Source of the DNA: Polyangiaceae bacterium
GTDB taxonomy: Bacteria > Myxococcota_A > Polyangia > Polyangiales > Polyangiaceae
Length of the DNA: 64,000 bases
Assembly: GCA_044376115.1 (NCBI GenBank)
Contig: JBILLK010000038.1
Coordinates: 27,489 to 91,488 of the forward strand
Direction of reading: 5' to 3'
Shown: positions 1-9,373 of the stretch, piece by piece
Layout of the letters: each line of letters opens with the position of its first letter
Position numbering within the stretch: the first letter of the stretch is position 1
The notes under the pieces: generated by a model
What the model saw: only the letters and a program-made list of their open reading frames with translations
Told to the model about the DNA's origin: nothing
Databases searched by the model: none
Made by a program: the position numbers and the translations under genes

Positions 1-2
1 AT

Positions 3-338
3 CCCTTCGAGATCCTCGGGGAGAAGCTGCGAGTAACGGGCGCGCTGGGGCTGTTGTTCGTGGATCAGCGCCCGCTACCGCTCGAGCAGTTCGGTGCGCC
101 GGTGTTTTCGGTGGACGCGGCGGTGAAGCTCAAGTGGCGGCTCGCCGAGTTGGGTGTCGAGGCGCAGAACCTCCTCGACCGGCGGAACCGCGAGGCGGAA
201 CTCTATTACCCCTCGAACTTCGCCGAGCCCGCCGCACCCGCGTCGCAGCTTGCGGCGCGCCACTGGGTCGCAGGCCAACCGCAGACCTTCCTGGGCACCT
301 TGACCCTCCACTTCGACGCACGGGAGACCTCACCATGA
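3..338 (+). CDS. TonB-dependent receptor, C-terminal part (5' end outside window)
   Basis: Frame open from window edge; ends in beta-strand pattern LGVEAQNLLD...AGQPQTFLGTLTLHF; stop overlaps next ATG (ATGA 335-338). Confidence 0.65.
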   Translation, partial: PFEILGEKLRVTGALGLLFVDQRPLPLEQFGAPVFSVDAAVKLKWRLAELGVEAQNLLDRRNREAELYYPSNFAEPAAPASQLAARHWVAGQPQTFLGTLTLHFDARETSP

Positions 339-1174
339 AGCATGCTCTTGCCGCCTCGCTCACGTTGTCCGTCCTCGCGTGCGAGCCCTCGACCGGGGGG
401 CGCGCAGTTGACGTCACGTTCACGGTTCGCGGAGCTTCGGACGAGGTGACCTCTGACGGCTCCGTGCGTCGCTTCTCGACCTTCGCGGGATGGGAGGTCG
501 AGCTCGAGGAGGCGTGGGTAGCGGTCGGACCCTTCGTCGTTTGGGAGAACCCCCCACCACTCGCGTCGAGCGCGCCGTCCTCGGCGCCCGAGTCGAAGCC
601 GTCGTCGCTCTGGGACCTCCTCGTCCCGGACGCGCACGCACACCCCGGCGACACGCACTTCAACGGTGGCAATGCGAAGGCCGAGTGGATGGGACAGACG
701 CTGCTCGACGCCCTGTCGCCGGAGCCGCAGCGGTTCGCAGCACCTGGAGTCGCGGGGCCAGCGCGATCGGTGACGATCCACCTCGAGCCGCCGCGCGCAG
801 ACCTGCAAGGAGGCGAGCTGCTGAGCGGGGACCACCTGCGCGCGCGCGGGACGGCGACGAAGGACGGACAATCCCTGCGCTTCGTCGGCGGCATCGTGCT
901 CCCTCCGGAGGGCGGGCGGCGCGAGATAAACGGCATCCCAGTCGAGGGCGACGTGGACGAAGACGTCGAGGTGGCGCTGGTGGTCGATCCGGCCGCTTGG
1001 TTCGTCGAGGTCGACTTCTCCGAGCTCTCCGCGGTGGAGCCCGACGCTGACGGCTTCCGGACGATCCCCGTCGACGGCTCGATCGCGGCGGCCTGGGAGA
1101 TCGGCGCGCGCAGCCTCACGTCCGGGACAGCGTCGCCGAGCGCTGCCGCCGCGAGCCTCGAGGTGGGACGATGA
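335..1174 (+). CDS. Putative lipoprotein, His-motif (HAHPGDTH)
   Basis: Signal peptide with VLAC lipobox; ATGA overlaps at both ends. Confidence 0.7.
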   Translation: MKHALAASLTLSVLACEPSTGGRAVDVTFTVRGASDEVTSDGSVRRFSTFAGWEVELEEAWVAVGPFVVWENPPPLASSAPSSAPESKPSSLWDLLVPDAHAHPGDTHFNGGNAKAEWMGQTLLDALSPEPQRFAAPGVAGPARSVTIHLEPPRADLQGGELLSGDHLRARGTATKDGQSLRFVGGIVLPPEGGRREINGIPVEGDVDEDVEVALVVDPAAWFVEVDFSELSAVEPDADGFRTIPVDGSIAAAWEIGARSLTSGTASPSAAAASLEVGR

Positions 1175-2088
1175 GCACGCTGTCGCAATTGCTGAGCGCG
1201 CGGACGTGGGCGCTCGCCGGACTGGTCGTACTCGGAGCCGCATGCGGAGACTCCGGGACCGAGGGCTCAGGCATCGCGCGCGTACGAGTGAGCGGTGAGG
1301 GCGCGGCGAAGAGCGGCTATCCGTACGATCGTCAAGGCGTCCAGATCGCGTTCGCTGATGGGTGGACGCTCGAGTTCGAGAAGGTGCTGGTCAGCTTGAG
1401 CGAGCTCGAGCTCGCCGCGGGTGAGGACAGCGTAGCGAGCGACCGCAGCTGGGTGGTGGACCTGCACCTTGGGGATCCCGAGCTCGAAGAGCTGGCCGAT
1501 CTCGCTCCGCAGCGGTGGGAGTCCTTCGGCTTCGTGATCGCGCCCCCGACGGCAACTAGCGAGCCCGGCGACGGCGTCGCCTCGGCCGATCTCGAGCGCA
1601 TGATCGGCGAAGGGCTCGGCTATCTCGTGGTGGGCTCGGCGACGCATCCCGACCGCGGGACCATCACGTTCGAGTGGGGGTTGCCAATCGCGGTGCGGCA
1701 CCGCAACTGTACCAACGGCGTCGACGGGACGGCGGGGATCGTCGTCCGCGAGAACAGCGCGACCGACGCCGAGATCACCGTCCACATGGACCACATTTTC
1801 TGGGACACGCTGGGAACCGAGAAGGCGCAGCTACGGTTCGATCCGATCTGGGGCGCCGACGTGGATGAAAACGGCGAGGTCACGACGGAAGAGCTCTCGG
1901 CCCAACGGATCAGCGCCCTCACCGATCCGAAGGGCGCTCCGCTGCTCGATGAGGAGGGGGCCCCGCTCGTCTACGACCCGGGGTCACTGCCGCTGCCGGA
2001 CAAAAACCTCTACGAGTTCATCCTCCTTTCGACGGCATCGATGGCTCATCTCAACGGGCTAGGGCTCTGCTCTGTCGAGCGGCTTTGA
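1171..2088 (+). CDS. Putative lipoprotein co-transcribed with the TonB receptor
   Basis: Signal peptide with GAAC lipobox; ATGA coupling to upstream gene. Confidence 0.7.
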   Translation: MSTLSQLLSARTWALAGLVVLGAACGDSGTEGSGIARVRVSGEGAAKSGYPYDRQGVQIAFADGWTLEFEKVLVSLSELELAAGEDSVASDRSWVVDLHLGDPELEELADLAPQRWESFGFVIAPPTATSEPGDGVASADLERMIGEGLGYLVVGSATHPDRGTITFEWGLPIAVRHRNCTNGVDGTAGIVVRENSATDAEITVHMDHIFWDTLGTEKAQLRFDPIWGADVDENGEVTTEELSAQRISALTDPKGAPLLDEEGAPLVYDPGSLPLPDKNLYEFILLSTASMAHLNGLGLCSVERL

Positions 2089-2175
2089 AGCGGCGCCGCG
2101 GCACGCTGAGCGCATCGAGCCTGAGAAACGTGGATTTGCGCAAAACGCGCGTCACCGATGTCTCCCCAGGCCGCT

Positions 2176-3975
2176 TCAGGCGGGCCGAGCGGCTCGCAGG
2201 TTGTTCATGATGGCGCTGAGGGCCCACGCAGACATGGCGACGACCATCGCCCAAGGGCCCCACGAGGGCTGCGCCAAGCTCGCGAAGAAGCACGCGATCA
2301 TCACGCCCGCCTGGGGCGCCGCGCGCCGATCGTAGGTACCCACGAAGTACACGAGCAGGCCGGCGAACGTCAGCAGGGTGCCCAAGTACACAGCCTCGGA
2401 CGAGAGCCCCAACCGCATGCACACGAGCACCCAGAACAAAGCCGCCGCCTGACCGATCGCACCGCCGAGGACGTTGGTCCGATGGGCGAGGCTCTGAAGC
2501 GACGCGGCCCCTTGACGCAGTACGAAGACAGCGGAGAGCAGCAAGCTGGTCGCGAAGAAGAGGCCGAAGGGCCAGAGACCTCGCGGCGGCCACAATGCGA
2601 AGCCGAGCCAACACAAGGGCCAGATCGGTCCGAACACCACGAGCAGCAGCCGCCGACGAGAGGCGTCGTGGGTCACGTCGGCGCCTTGCAGCGCAAGACT
2701 CGCCCGCCGCTTCTCCGCTTCGTGCGCGCTCATCGCCTCGCGGACGCGGCCCTGCAGCGCGGGCGGGACGATCTCCAGCTCGAGCAGCCGGTTCGCTGCG
2801 AGCTCAGGCAAGCCTTGCTCGAGCGCGAGTTCGACGCGTCGTACAGCTACGTCGCGCAGGCCTTGCAGGGCCGTGGGGTTCTCGGCCCAGATCTCGAGCG
2901 CAGCCCGAAAGCGCAGCTCGGCCTCGACGAGCTCGGGCTCCGAGGCCAAGCCCGTCGCCAGGTCTCGTGCCGCCGAGCTAGCGAGGGTCGATGATCCGCG
3001 GTGCCGGAGAAAGTCTTCGACGCCGGCGCGAAATTCGTCGGCCGAGAGCATTCGCTCGGTCACGTCCGGTTGCAGCGCAGCGTCGACCAGCGCGCGCAGC
3101 TCGTCCGGCACGTCCGCGGCGAGTGGCGCGTACGCGCGCTTCCGAGGTTGTGCGCGCGCTCGATCCGGATCCTGCGACGCGAACGGTGGCTCGCCCGAGA
3201 TCACTTGGTACAACGTGGCTCCCAGCTGAAATACGTCGCTCCATGGCCCCTGCGCGTCGGCGTCGCCTTCGAGCTGCTCGGGCGACATGTACGCGAGCGT
3301 CCCTGCGATCGGTGCGTCGTCGACCTGCGGCAGATCGGCGTCCCCTTCGCCCCAGGAGGCTGCGACGCCCCAATCCAACAGCGTGACCTCGCCGCGGTGA
3401 CCAATCATCACGTTGCTCGGCTTGATGTCGCGATGCACGATCCCATGTTCGTGGGCGAAGGCGGCGGCGCGAGCGACGTCGCACAGGACGCGCAGGTTCC
3501 ACTCGAACAGCTCCTCGCCGAACGACTCCCGCACGCGCGCGGCGTCCTCCATGATGCGCGACCAGGGCTCGCCGCGCAGGTGCTTCATCACCACCCGGAC
3601 GCAGCCATCCAGCTCGCCGATCACGTCGTGGATCGGCACGATGTTTGGGTGTTCGAGCCGCGCCGTGAGCTTCGCCTCGCGAAACAGCCGCGACTGATCG
3701 AGCGCATCGGGTCGGCGCGCGACCTTCACCGCGACGGGTCGTGACAGCCGCGTCTGCGCGCCGCTCCACACCACGGCCATGCCCCCAGCGCCGATCTGAG
3801 CTTCGAGCGTCACGCTCGCGTCGGACGGCGCCTTCGTCGTGACCGGCTCGAGGATGTGCTGGGCCAGGACCGAAAGCTGGTTGCGAGCCTCGACGGCGGT
3901 GTCTCGGTCCCTGCTCGATTCGCCTGTCACCCCTCGATCGGGGCCTCCGACCTCTGTGTTCGGAACGGAGCCCAC
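2176..3975 (-). CDS. Ser/Thr protein kinase with C-terminal transmembrane segments
   Basis: GAGGMAVV, VAVK, HRDIKPSN, DWG, GTLAYMSPEQ motifs; hydrophobic C-terminus. Confidence 0.92.
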   Translation of the reverse strand: MGSVPNTEVGGPDRGVTGESSRDRDTAVEARNQLSVLAQHILEPVTTKAPSDASVTLEAQIGAGGMAVVWSGAQTRLSRPVAVKVARRPDALDQSRLFREAKLTARLEHPNIVPIHDVIGELDGCVRVVMKHLRGEPWSRIMEDAARVRESFGEELFEWNLRVLCDVARAAAFAHEHGIVHRDIKPSNVMIGHRGEVTLLDWGVAASWGEGDADLPQVDDAPIAGTLAYMSPEQLEGDADAQGPWSDVFQLGATLYQVISGEPPFASQDPDRARAQPRKRAYAPLAADVPDELRALVDAALQPDVTERMLSADEFRAGVEDFLRHRGSSTLASSAARDLATGLASEPELVEAELRFRAALEIWAENPTALQGLRDVAVRRVELALEQGLPELAANRLLELEIVPPALQGRVREAMSAHEAEKRRASLALQGADVTHDASRRRLLLVVFGPIWPLCWLGFALWPPRGLWPFGLFFATSLLLSAVFVLRQGAASLQSLAHRTNVLGGAIGQAAALFWVLVCMRLGLSSEAVYLGTLLTFAGLLVYFVGTYDRRAAPQAGVMIACFFASLAQPSWGPWAMVVAMSAWALSAIMNNLRAARPA

Positions 3976-3982
3976 GGCGGGG

Positions 3983-4825
3983 ATGCTAACGGACGCCTTA
4001 TCGCTCTACAATGCGCCGGTGGGGCAAGACGAAGCCTTCAGCGTGTTCGCAGAGCGGTGCGCCGCCGCGTGGCCGACGCTCGCAGTCGAGCCAGCGCTTC
4101 TGCGTCGCCACCTCGCCTGTGTCTTCCTCGAGGGGTCGGTCGAGCTGAGCACGCTGCACACGGATTTGCTCTTGGCGTGTGCGAGCCTCGAGGGAATCGC
4201 CGGAGCGCGCGAGCTGCTCGAGACGCACGCGCTGGCGGACGCTCCGAAGGCCGCGCGCCGGGTCGCGAAGGAGGACCACCTGGTCGAGGAGGTGGTCGCG
4301 GATTTGCGGCTCGCCCTGCTCAGCCCGATCGGTGATAAGGCTCCGCTGCTCACCCGCTACCAAGGCCGCGGCCCGCTGAAGTCCTTCGTGCTCGTCCTCG
4401 CGACGCGGCGCACCTTGGATCGCAAGCGACGTCAGCGCGAGGTGCCGACCGATCGTCCCGACACCGGCGTCCTCTCGAAGAGCTTCGTCGACGGTGGTGA
4501 GCGTCAGCGGCTCGGGGAGGAGTTCCTGGTCGTGTTCAAGAAGCACCTCGACCGGCTGCCCGCCCGCGAGCGCTCGGTCCTTCGCGACCACGTGGTAAAG
4601 GGCGTCACGCTGGACACCCTGGCCCGCACCCACGGCGCCCACCGCGCCACCGTCGCCCGCTGGATCGCGTCCGCCAAACAGGCCGTATTCGATGCGACCC
4701 GAGCGGAGCTGAGCGAGCGAAAGAGCTGGGGCTCGGACACCTTCCAGTCCTTCGCCCGTCAGGCCGTGGACATCGACGCGACGCTGTCGACCTTCCTCGG
4801 CGAGGGAACGACGACCGAGGGTTAG
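3983..4825 (+). CDS. Myxobacterial ECF-like sigma-70 factor (start uncertain: 3983 or 4019)
   Basis: DLLLACA, RYQGRGPLKSF (region 2-like) and LPARERSVL...HRATVARW (region 4 HTH). Confidence 0.75.
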   Translation: MLTDALSLYNAPVGQDEAFSVFAERCAAAWPTLAVEPALLRRHLACVFLEGSVELSTLHTDLLLACASLEGIAGARELLETHALADAPKAARRVAKEDHLVEEVVADLRLALLSPIGDKAPLLTRYQGRGPLKSFVLVLATRRTLDRKRRQREVPTDRPDTGVLSKSFVDGGERQRLGEEFLVVFKKHLDRLPARERSVLRDHVVKGVTLDTLARTHGAHRATVARWIASAKQAVFDATRAELSERKSWGSDTFQSFARQAVDIDATLSTFLGEGTTTEG

Positions 4826-4908
4826 TGCCGCCCTTGGCGCAAGCGACCAGCTGCAAGCGGCGCGAACACCCCGCTAGCTCGGCGACGAACAGCGTCGGCC
4901 AGCAGGGC

Positions 4909-5514
4909 TCAGCGCTTGAGCAGCCCAATCACGAGCGCTTCCAGCACCGCGTGAGCACCGTCGGCGTCGAGCGTCGGGTCAATCATGCTTCGAACCACGA
5001 GGCCGTCCGAGGCGGCCATGATCACCGCCGCGAGTCCTTCTGCGCCGACCGGGAGTGGCTCGCTCAAGCTGCTCGTGACGCCCAACACGATCGCGGCCAG
5101 GTGCGCCCGCATCTCGCGCGTCAACTGCGCGAGCTCTCGCGCCAGCGCTGGATCGCGCAGCGACATCGCCGTGAGGTCCGCGAACACCTTGTACCAACCC
5201 GACTGCTCCATCGAGCGTGCACGGGACCAGGCGAACAAAAGCTTGGTCCTCTCCACCGGGTCGCCCGGTAACTCCACGGAGGCCATGTCGACTCGGAACT
5301 GTTCACAACAGCTGCGCACGACTTCGACAATCAACGCCTCCTTCGTCGCGAAGTAGTAGTGAACCAGGCCAGGAGCCACGCCGGCCGCTTTGGCGATCTC
5401 TTTGATCGACGCTGCGTGGCTGCCCTGATTGGCCAGCACCTCGAAGGCCGCCCGCACGATGCTGTCGGCCTTCGCGGAGCCTGGCTTGGCCGCTTTCAGT
5501 CGTGGTTCAGACAC
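4909..5514 (-). CDS. TetR/AcrR family regulator
   Basis: SIKEIAKAAGVAPGLVHYYFATKEAL HTH; GTG start overlapping upstream gene end. Confidence 0.9.
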   Translation of the reverse strand: MSEPRLKAAKPGSAKADSIVRAAFEVLANQGSHAASIKEIAKAAGVAPGLVHYYFATKEALIVEVVRSCCEQFRVDMASVELPGDPVERTKLLFAWSRARSMEQSGWYKVFADLTAMSLRDPALARELAQLTREMRAHLAAIVLGVTSSLSEPLPVGAEGLAAVIMAASDGLVVRSMIDPTLDADGAHAVLEALVIGLLKR

Positions 5515-6716
5515 GCCTGCAGCTCGGCCGAGCACTCGTTGATCGGATCGGCGTGGGTGAGCAGACAGCTAACGCCCGCCGATACGTACGGACCTTCTTC
5601 TGGCGCCGACTCGAAGATGCAGTCGGTCAAGCCCTGCAAGAACCCGTCGAAGGAGCCTTGATCAATCTTCTGAATGCAGCCGAGCGTGTCGCCACACGTC
5701 GCTTCCCCGAAGCCCTCCCACTGGGCCGCCATGCTTTGCGTATCCAAGATGTTCTCAGGGTCGGTCGAGCAAAGGCTGACGTGGTCCTGGGCTGGCCAGT
5801 AGGAGCCGATGAACATGCACATCTCGTCGGTCGTACGTGGGCCTTGCCAGATCGTCCGGTCTTCGGTGTTTTGGTAGTCGCACTTGAACTCGATCTGACT
5901 GCCGGCTTTGACTGGAAGGCCGCCATCCCAGCGCTCGACCGGAACGGCCTCCCAGGTGCTGTTCTCGTAAAGCTTCTCGCGCGTGCCATCGGGCGCGATC
6001 AGGCTTGCTTCATAGCCCATGCCGCGTTTGTGCATGTGGCTTTGGGCGTTCTCGAGCGTCACGTCGCTGGGCAGCGGACACGTCATCTGCGCTAAACCGC
6101 CGCCCTTCGCCGCAACCTTGATGAACGGGTTGTACCAAAACAAAAGCCCGCCCTCATGCTCGACCTGTTCATCCGGAATCGAGTGCAGGTTGATAGCCGC
6201 CTCCGGCTGGACCGCATCGCCCGAGGCATTGATGTAATGCGCGTTCATCAGCAGCACCGCGTTGGGCTTCACTTTGATCGCCACGTTTTCTGGGAAGGTG
6301 ATCGACGAGTCTCCGTCGGCGTTCTGTGAACCAGCCAACAGGCTCGTGAGCTTCCAGCGAAAGTTCACGCCCTCCGAACAATCAAAAACGCCGGAGGTGT
6401 CAACCGTGTCCCCTTGCTCATCCACCGTCGGGATCTCGGTGTACTCGGTGTTGTAGAGCAGCACGTGGTGACTGCCGCCCGAGTACTTCACCTCGTCCCG
6501 GTTGACGTTGATGCCCTCCGCGGGGGCTCTCACGAACTGACAATGCTCGACTTCGGTCCCCGCCTCGACGGTGGTCACCATCGAGAATTGAACGCCTTTG
6601 CCCTCCGCGGGCGGCTCGAGCAACGGGGGCGTAGGATCGACCGGTGCACTGGTCTCCTCGCTACAAGCCGCAGCGACCAAAGCGACCATACCGACAAACG
6701 TGTTGAAGCGACGCAT
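5496..6716 (-). CDS. Lipoprotein with copper type II ascorbate-dependent monooxygenase-like domains
   Basis: AAAC lipobox; GSHHVLLY, NAHYIN, SHMHKRG, DEMC copper-ligand motifs. Confidence 0.8.
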   Translation of the reverse strand: MRRFNTFVGMVALVAAACSEETSAPVDPTPPLLEPPAEGKGVQFSMVTTVEAGTEVEHCQFVRAPAEGINVNRDEVKYSGGSHHVLLYNTEYTEIPTVDEQGDTVDTSGVFDCSEGVNFRWKLTSLLAGSQNADGDSSITFPENVAIKVKPNAVLLMNAHYINASGDAVQPEAAINLHSIPDEQVEHEGGLLFWYNPFIKVAAKGGGLAQMTCPLPSDVTLENAQSHMHKRGMGYEASLIAPDGTREKLYENSTWEAVPVERWDGGLPVKAGSQIEFKCDYQNTEDRTIWQGPRTTDEMCMFIGSYWPAQDHVSLCSTDPENILDTQSMAAQWEGFGEATCGDTLGCIQKIDQGSFDGFLQGLTDCIFESAPEEGPYVSAGVSCLLTHADPINECSAELQACLNHD

Positions 6717-6727
6717 CCTGCCTCGTA

Positions 6728-6776
6728 TTGGTTGAACGACCAACCAAAGCTACCGCCGTTGGGAATCCCGTGTCAA
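6728..6776 (-). promoter_or_regulatory. Sigma-70 promoter with probable TetR operator
   Basis: Minus strand TTGACA (6776-6771)-N18-TAGCTT, followed by dyad TTGGTTG-N6-CAACCAA (6728-6747). Confidence 0.6.
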
Positions 6777-6812
6777 CGGGCCTTTCTTTAGCGCCTATCG
6801 TGCTCCCATCGC

Positions 6813-6914
6813 GAGGATGGGAGCTCCAACTGGACGTTTTGTTGAATTCAAGCGCCCATCTCCTACCGATGGGTTTCCGAACTCAACAATACGTCCACTT
6901 CGACCGCCGATCCC
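6813..6914. repeat. Palindromic intergenic element B, diverged copy 1
   Basis: Arms GGACGTTTTGTTGAATTC ... GAACTCAACAATACGTCC, similar to copies at 16584 and 17514. Confidence 0.8.
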
Positions 6915-6938
6915 CAGCACCGTGTGACGACTTTGGCC

Positions 6939-8282
6939 ATGAGCGACCCACTGTTCACGTTGCAAGGTGCCTCACGTGCGCAGACAGCCGAGGGCGTTTG
7001 CTGGTTCTACTCCGATGCGCATGCCATCAGCGCGCTCGACCTCGCAGCCAACAAAGTCCTGGTGAGCTTTCCGTCGGAGCACTCGTGGTTCGGCGTCGGA
7101 AGTTCGGCGCTCTTGGTTGGAACCGAAGTGCTTGACCGGCACGGAAAGCGGAAGGCGCGTCTCGCGCTGGCTGAGCTTGAAGCGAGCGTAAAGTATCTTC
7201 ACACCCGCAGCATTGATGACGCGGGAACGGTGGCGGTCGGAAGCTTGATCGACGAGCTCTTGGTGTGGGATGCGCGCACCGGCAAGCTGCTCCACCGCGA
7301 GACGATCGCGAAGCTCAACCAGGTTGCAGTCGACCCGCTGGGCTCTACCGTCGCCATCAGCCGATGGTAAAAGCCCCTGCAGCTGCTCGACCTCAAGACC
7401 TTCACCAAACGGACTGTCGATGGCGTGATGAACGCGACCAGCATGTCTCTTCGCTGGTCGCCCGATGCAAAGCGGCTCGTGGCTTATGACCTCAACAAGG
7501 GGTTCCTTGTCGATCCCAAGGCTGGGACTCCGATTGGAACCCCTTTCAAGCTTAAGGGCGCCTCAGGAGCTGCGTTCTTACTCGGTCGCTCGCTGCTGCT
7601 CGTCGCCCAGGGGAAGAAGCTCAGCGCGTTCGATGCAGACAGCGGTGCCCCCGGGATCGAGCTGAAGCTGCCCGCAAAGGAGGTCGCCGTCTCGAAAGAC
7701 GATCGATACGTGATTGCGGTCGACGGCAACCGGGTGCTCTCGGTGTGGAGCCCCGAGGAGTTACTCGGCCAAACGAAGCCCGCGGCAGCGAAGCCGAAGA
7801 AGCCAACCGCTCCGCCCGCCGCTCGCCCAACCACGCCGCAGGCCACGTCGACCGGAGTCTACTTCGGTATCAGCTCGAAGAACTCACACGAGACGGTCCT
7901 CGCTGCAGGACGAGCACTGCATCACATTCTCGACCGCCAACCGCCGAACTTCGCTGTGCGCGTGGTGACCATCGACGAGACGACCTGGTTTAGCTTCGTC
8001 GGGACGCGTGGCCGGAACTACCTGCTCGAGCCTTGGATCGAGGTGCTGATGGAGACCTTGCAGGGACCGCTCATCGTGATCCTCCGCCAGGGTGAAGACC
8101 TGTTTGCACAACGCTACACCACGCCGTGGGACGCCGAGCCGGTCGAGGTCGACGACGCGCATCTCGGGACCCGTGATGTCTCCGAACCGTGGATGTTGGT
8201 GGAGGGAGGAAAACGGCCCGCCGTGAAAAAGCCCGTGACGAAGAAGCCCCTCGCGAAGTCGAGTAAGAAAACAGCGAAGTAG
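6939..8282 (+). pseudogene. WD40/beta-propeller protein interrupted by an in-frame TAA at 7368-7370
   Basis: ORFs 6924-7370 and 7425-8282 share one frame; WD-like repeats (VWDARTGK, WSPDAK, VSKDDR) on both sides of the stop. Confidence 0.7.
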
Positions 8283-9206
8283 TCAAGCGCGCGGGTGAAG
8301 CTTAGGGAGACCGAGGGCGCGCGCGGCCCAGTGAAGTGCTGGTTCGAGCTGCTGGCGCTGAACCTCGCGCACTCGCGGGGCGAGCGGAACTTGGGGCAGC
8401 CCAGCGCGGGCAGCGAAGAAGCCACTGACGAAGGCGGCAACCTCCGGAGAGCTCGGTAGCGTAGCTTCCGGAGCGGGGCCGCCCTCCGCCTCGAGGCTCG
8501 GCAGCCAAAAGCCCGTGTCGAGCGCGCCGTTGCCAGCGCAGGCGAAGTTCCAGTCAATGAGCACCACGCCGCGGCTCGCTCGGCAGAGGTTGTCACTTCG
8601 CACGTCGAAGTGAGTGAGCTCCTCCCCTTCGATCACTACCCGAGCGCTCGCCGCGATCAGCTCCGGCAGTGCGGTATCGAGCCAAGCCGAGCTCGCAAGC
8701 TCCAGTCCCAAGAAGGGCGCTGGATCGTTGGCAACGAGCTGCCAGCCATCTCCGAGGTCGCCGTGAACTTCGGCAAAGGTACGCAGAGGAGCTCGCGTCT
8801 CGTGGATGGCATGCAGCGTCGCGCGCACCTCATCCACGAGCTCGGGGCTCCACGGAGGAGGCCAGTGTGCAGCCTTCAGATCCTCGAGCAGGAGCAGCGG
8901 AGCCTCTTCATCGTCTTCCCAAGCGATGAGCTCGGGCATGAAGGGGGCCCGCAGCGCGTCATAGGCCCGCCATTCGAGTCGAAGCGCGTCGGCCGTGTAC
9001 GGCGTGGTTCCCAGCTTCGCGAACACGCTCCTCCCCGATTGCAAGCGGACCAACCATCGGCCTGCAGGGGTGTAGCCGCCCGAAACGGCAGCCGCGGTCA
9101 GCACGCGATCAGCGAGCAGCCGCTCCACCCGTTCGCGCAACGCCTGGTGCCATTGGCCATTCGCATGATCCTCCCCGCTCTTTGTCGGCTTACGTTCGGT
9201 CGACAT
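8283..9206 (-). CDS. Aminoglycoside phosphotransferase/choline kinase-like protein
   Basis: VFAK, LLLEDL, HFDVRSDN, LIDW motifs. Confidence 0.85.
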   Translation of the reverse strand: MSTERKPTKSGEDHANGQWHQALRERVERLLADRVLTAAAVSGGYTPAGRWLVRLQSGRSVFAKLGTTPYTADALRLEWRAYDALRAPFMPELIAWEDDEEAPLLLLEDLKAAHWPPPWSPELVDEVRATLHAIHETRAPLRTFAEVHGDLGDGWQLVANDPAPFLGLELASSAWLDTALPELIAASARVVIEGEELTHFDVRSDNLCRASRGVVLIDWNFACAGNGALDTGFWLPSLEAEGGPAPEATLPSSPEVAAFVSGFFAARAGLPQVPLAPRVREVQRQQLEPALHWAARALGLPKLHPRA

Positions 9207-9373
9207 CAGCCGAGCATAGCAATCGAAACGCTGGCGAGGGCCACGCGAGAGGGCGAGTCGGACCTACGTCGTCACCGTCCGTCGACAGCCGGACCACCGC
9301 GCATACATACCAAGCGCGTCAGGCTGATTCGCGCGTTGTAGGCGATGGCGATTCTTGTACCTTTGCAGGCAGG

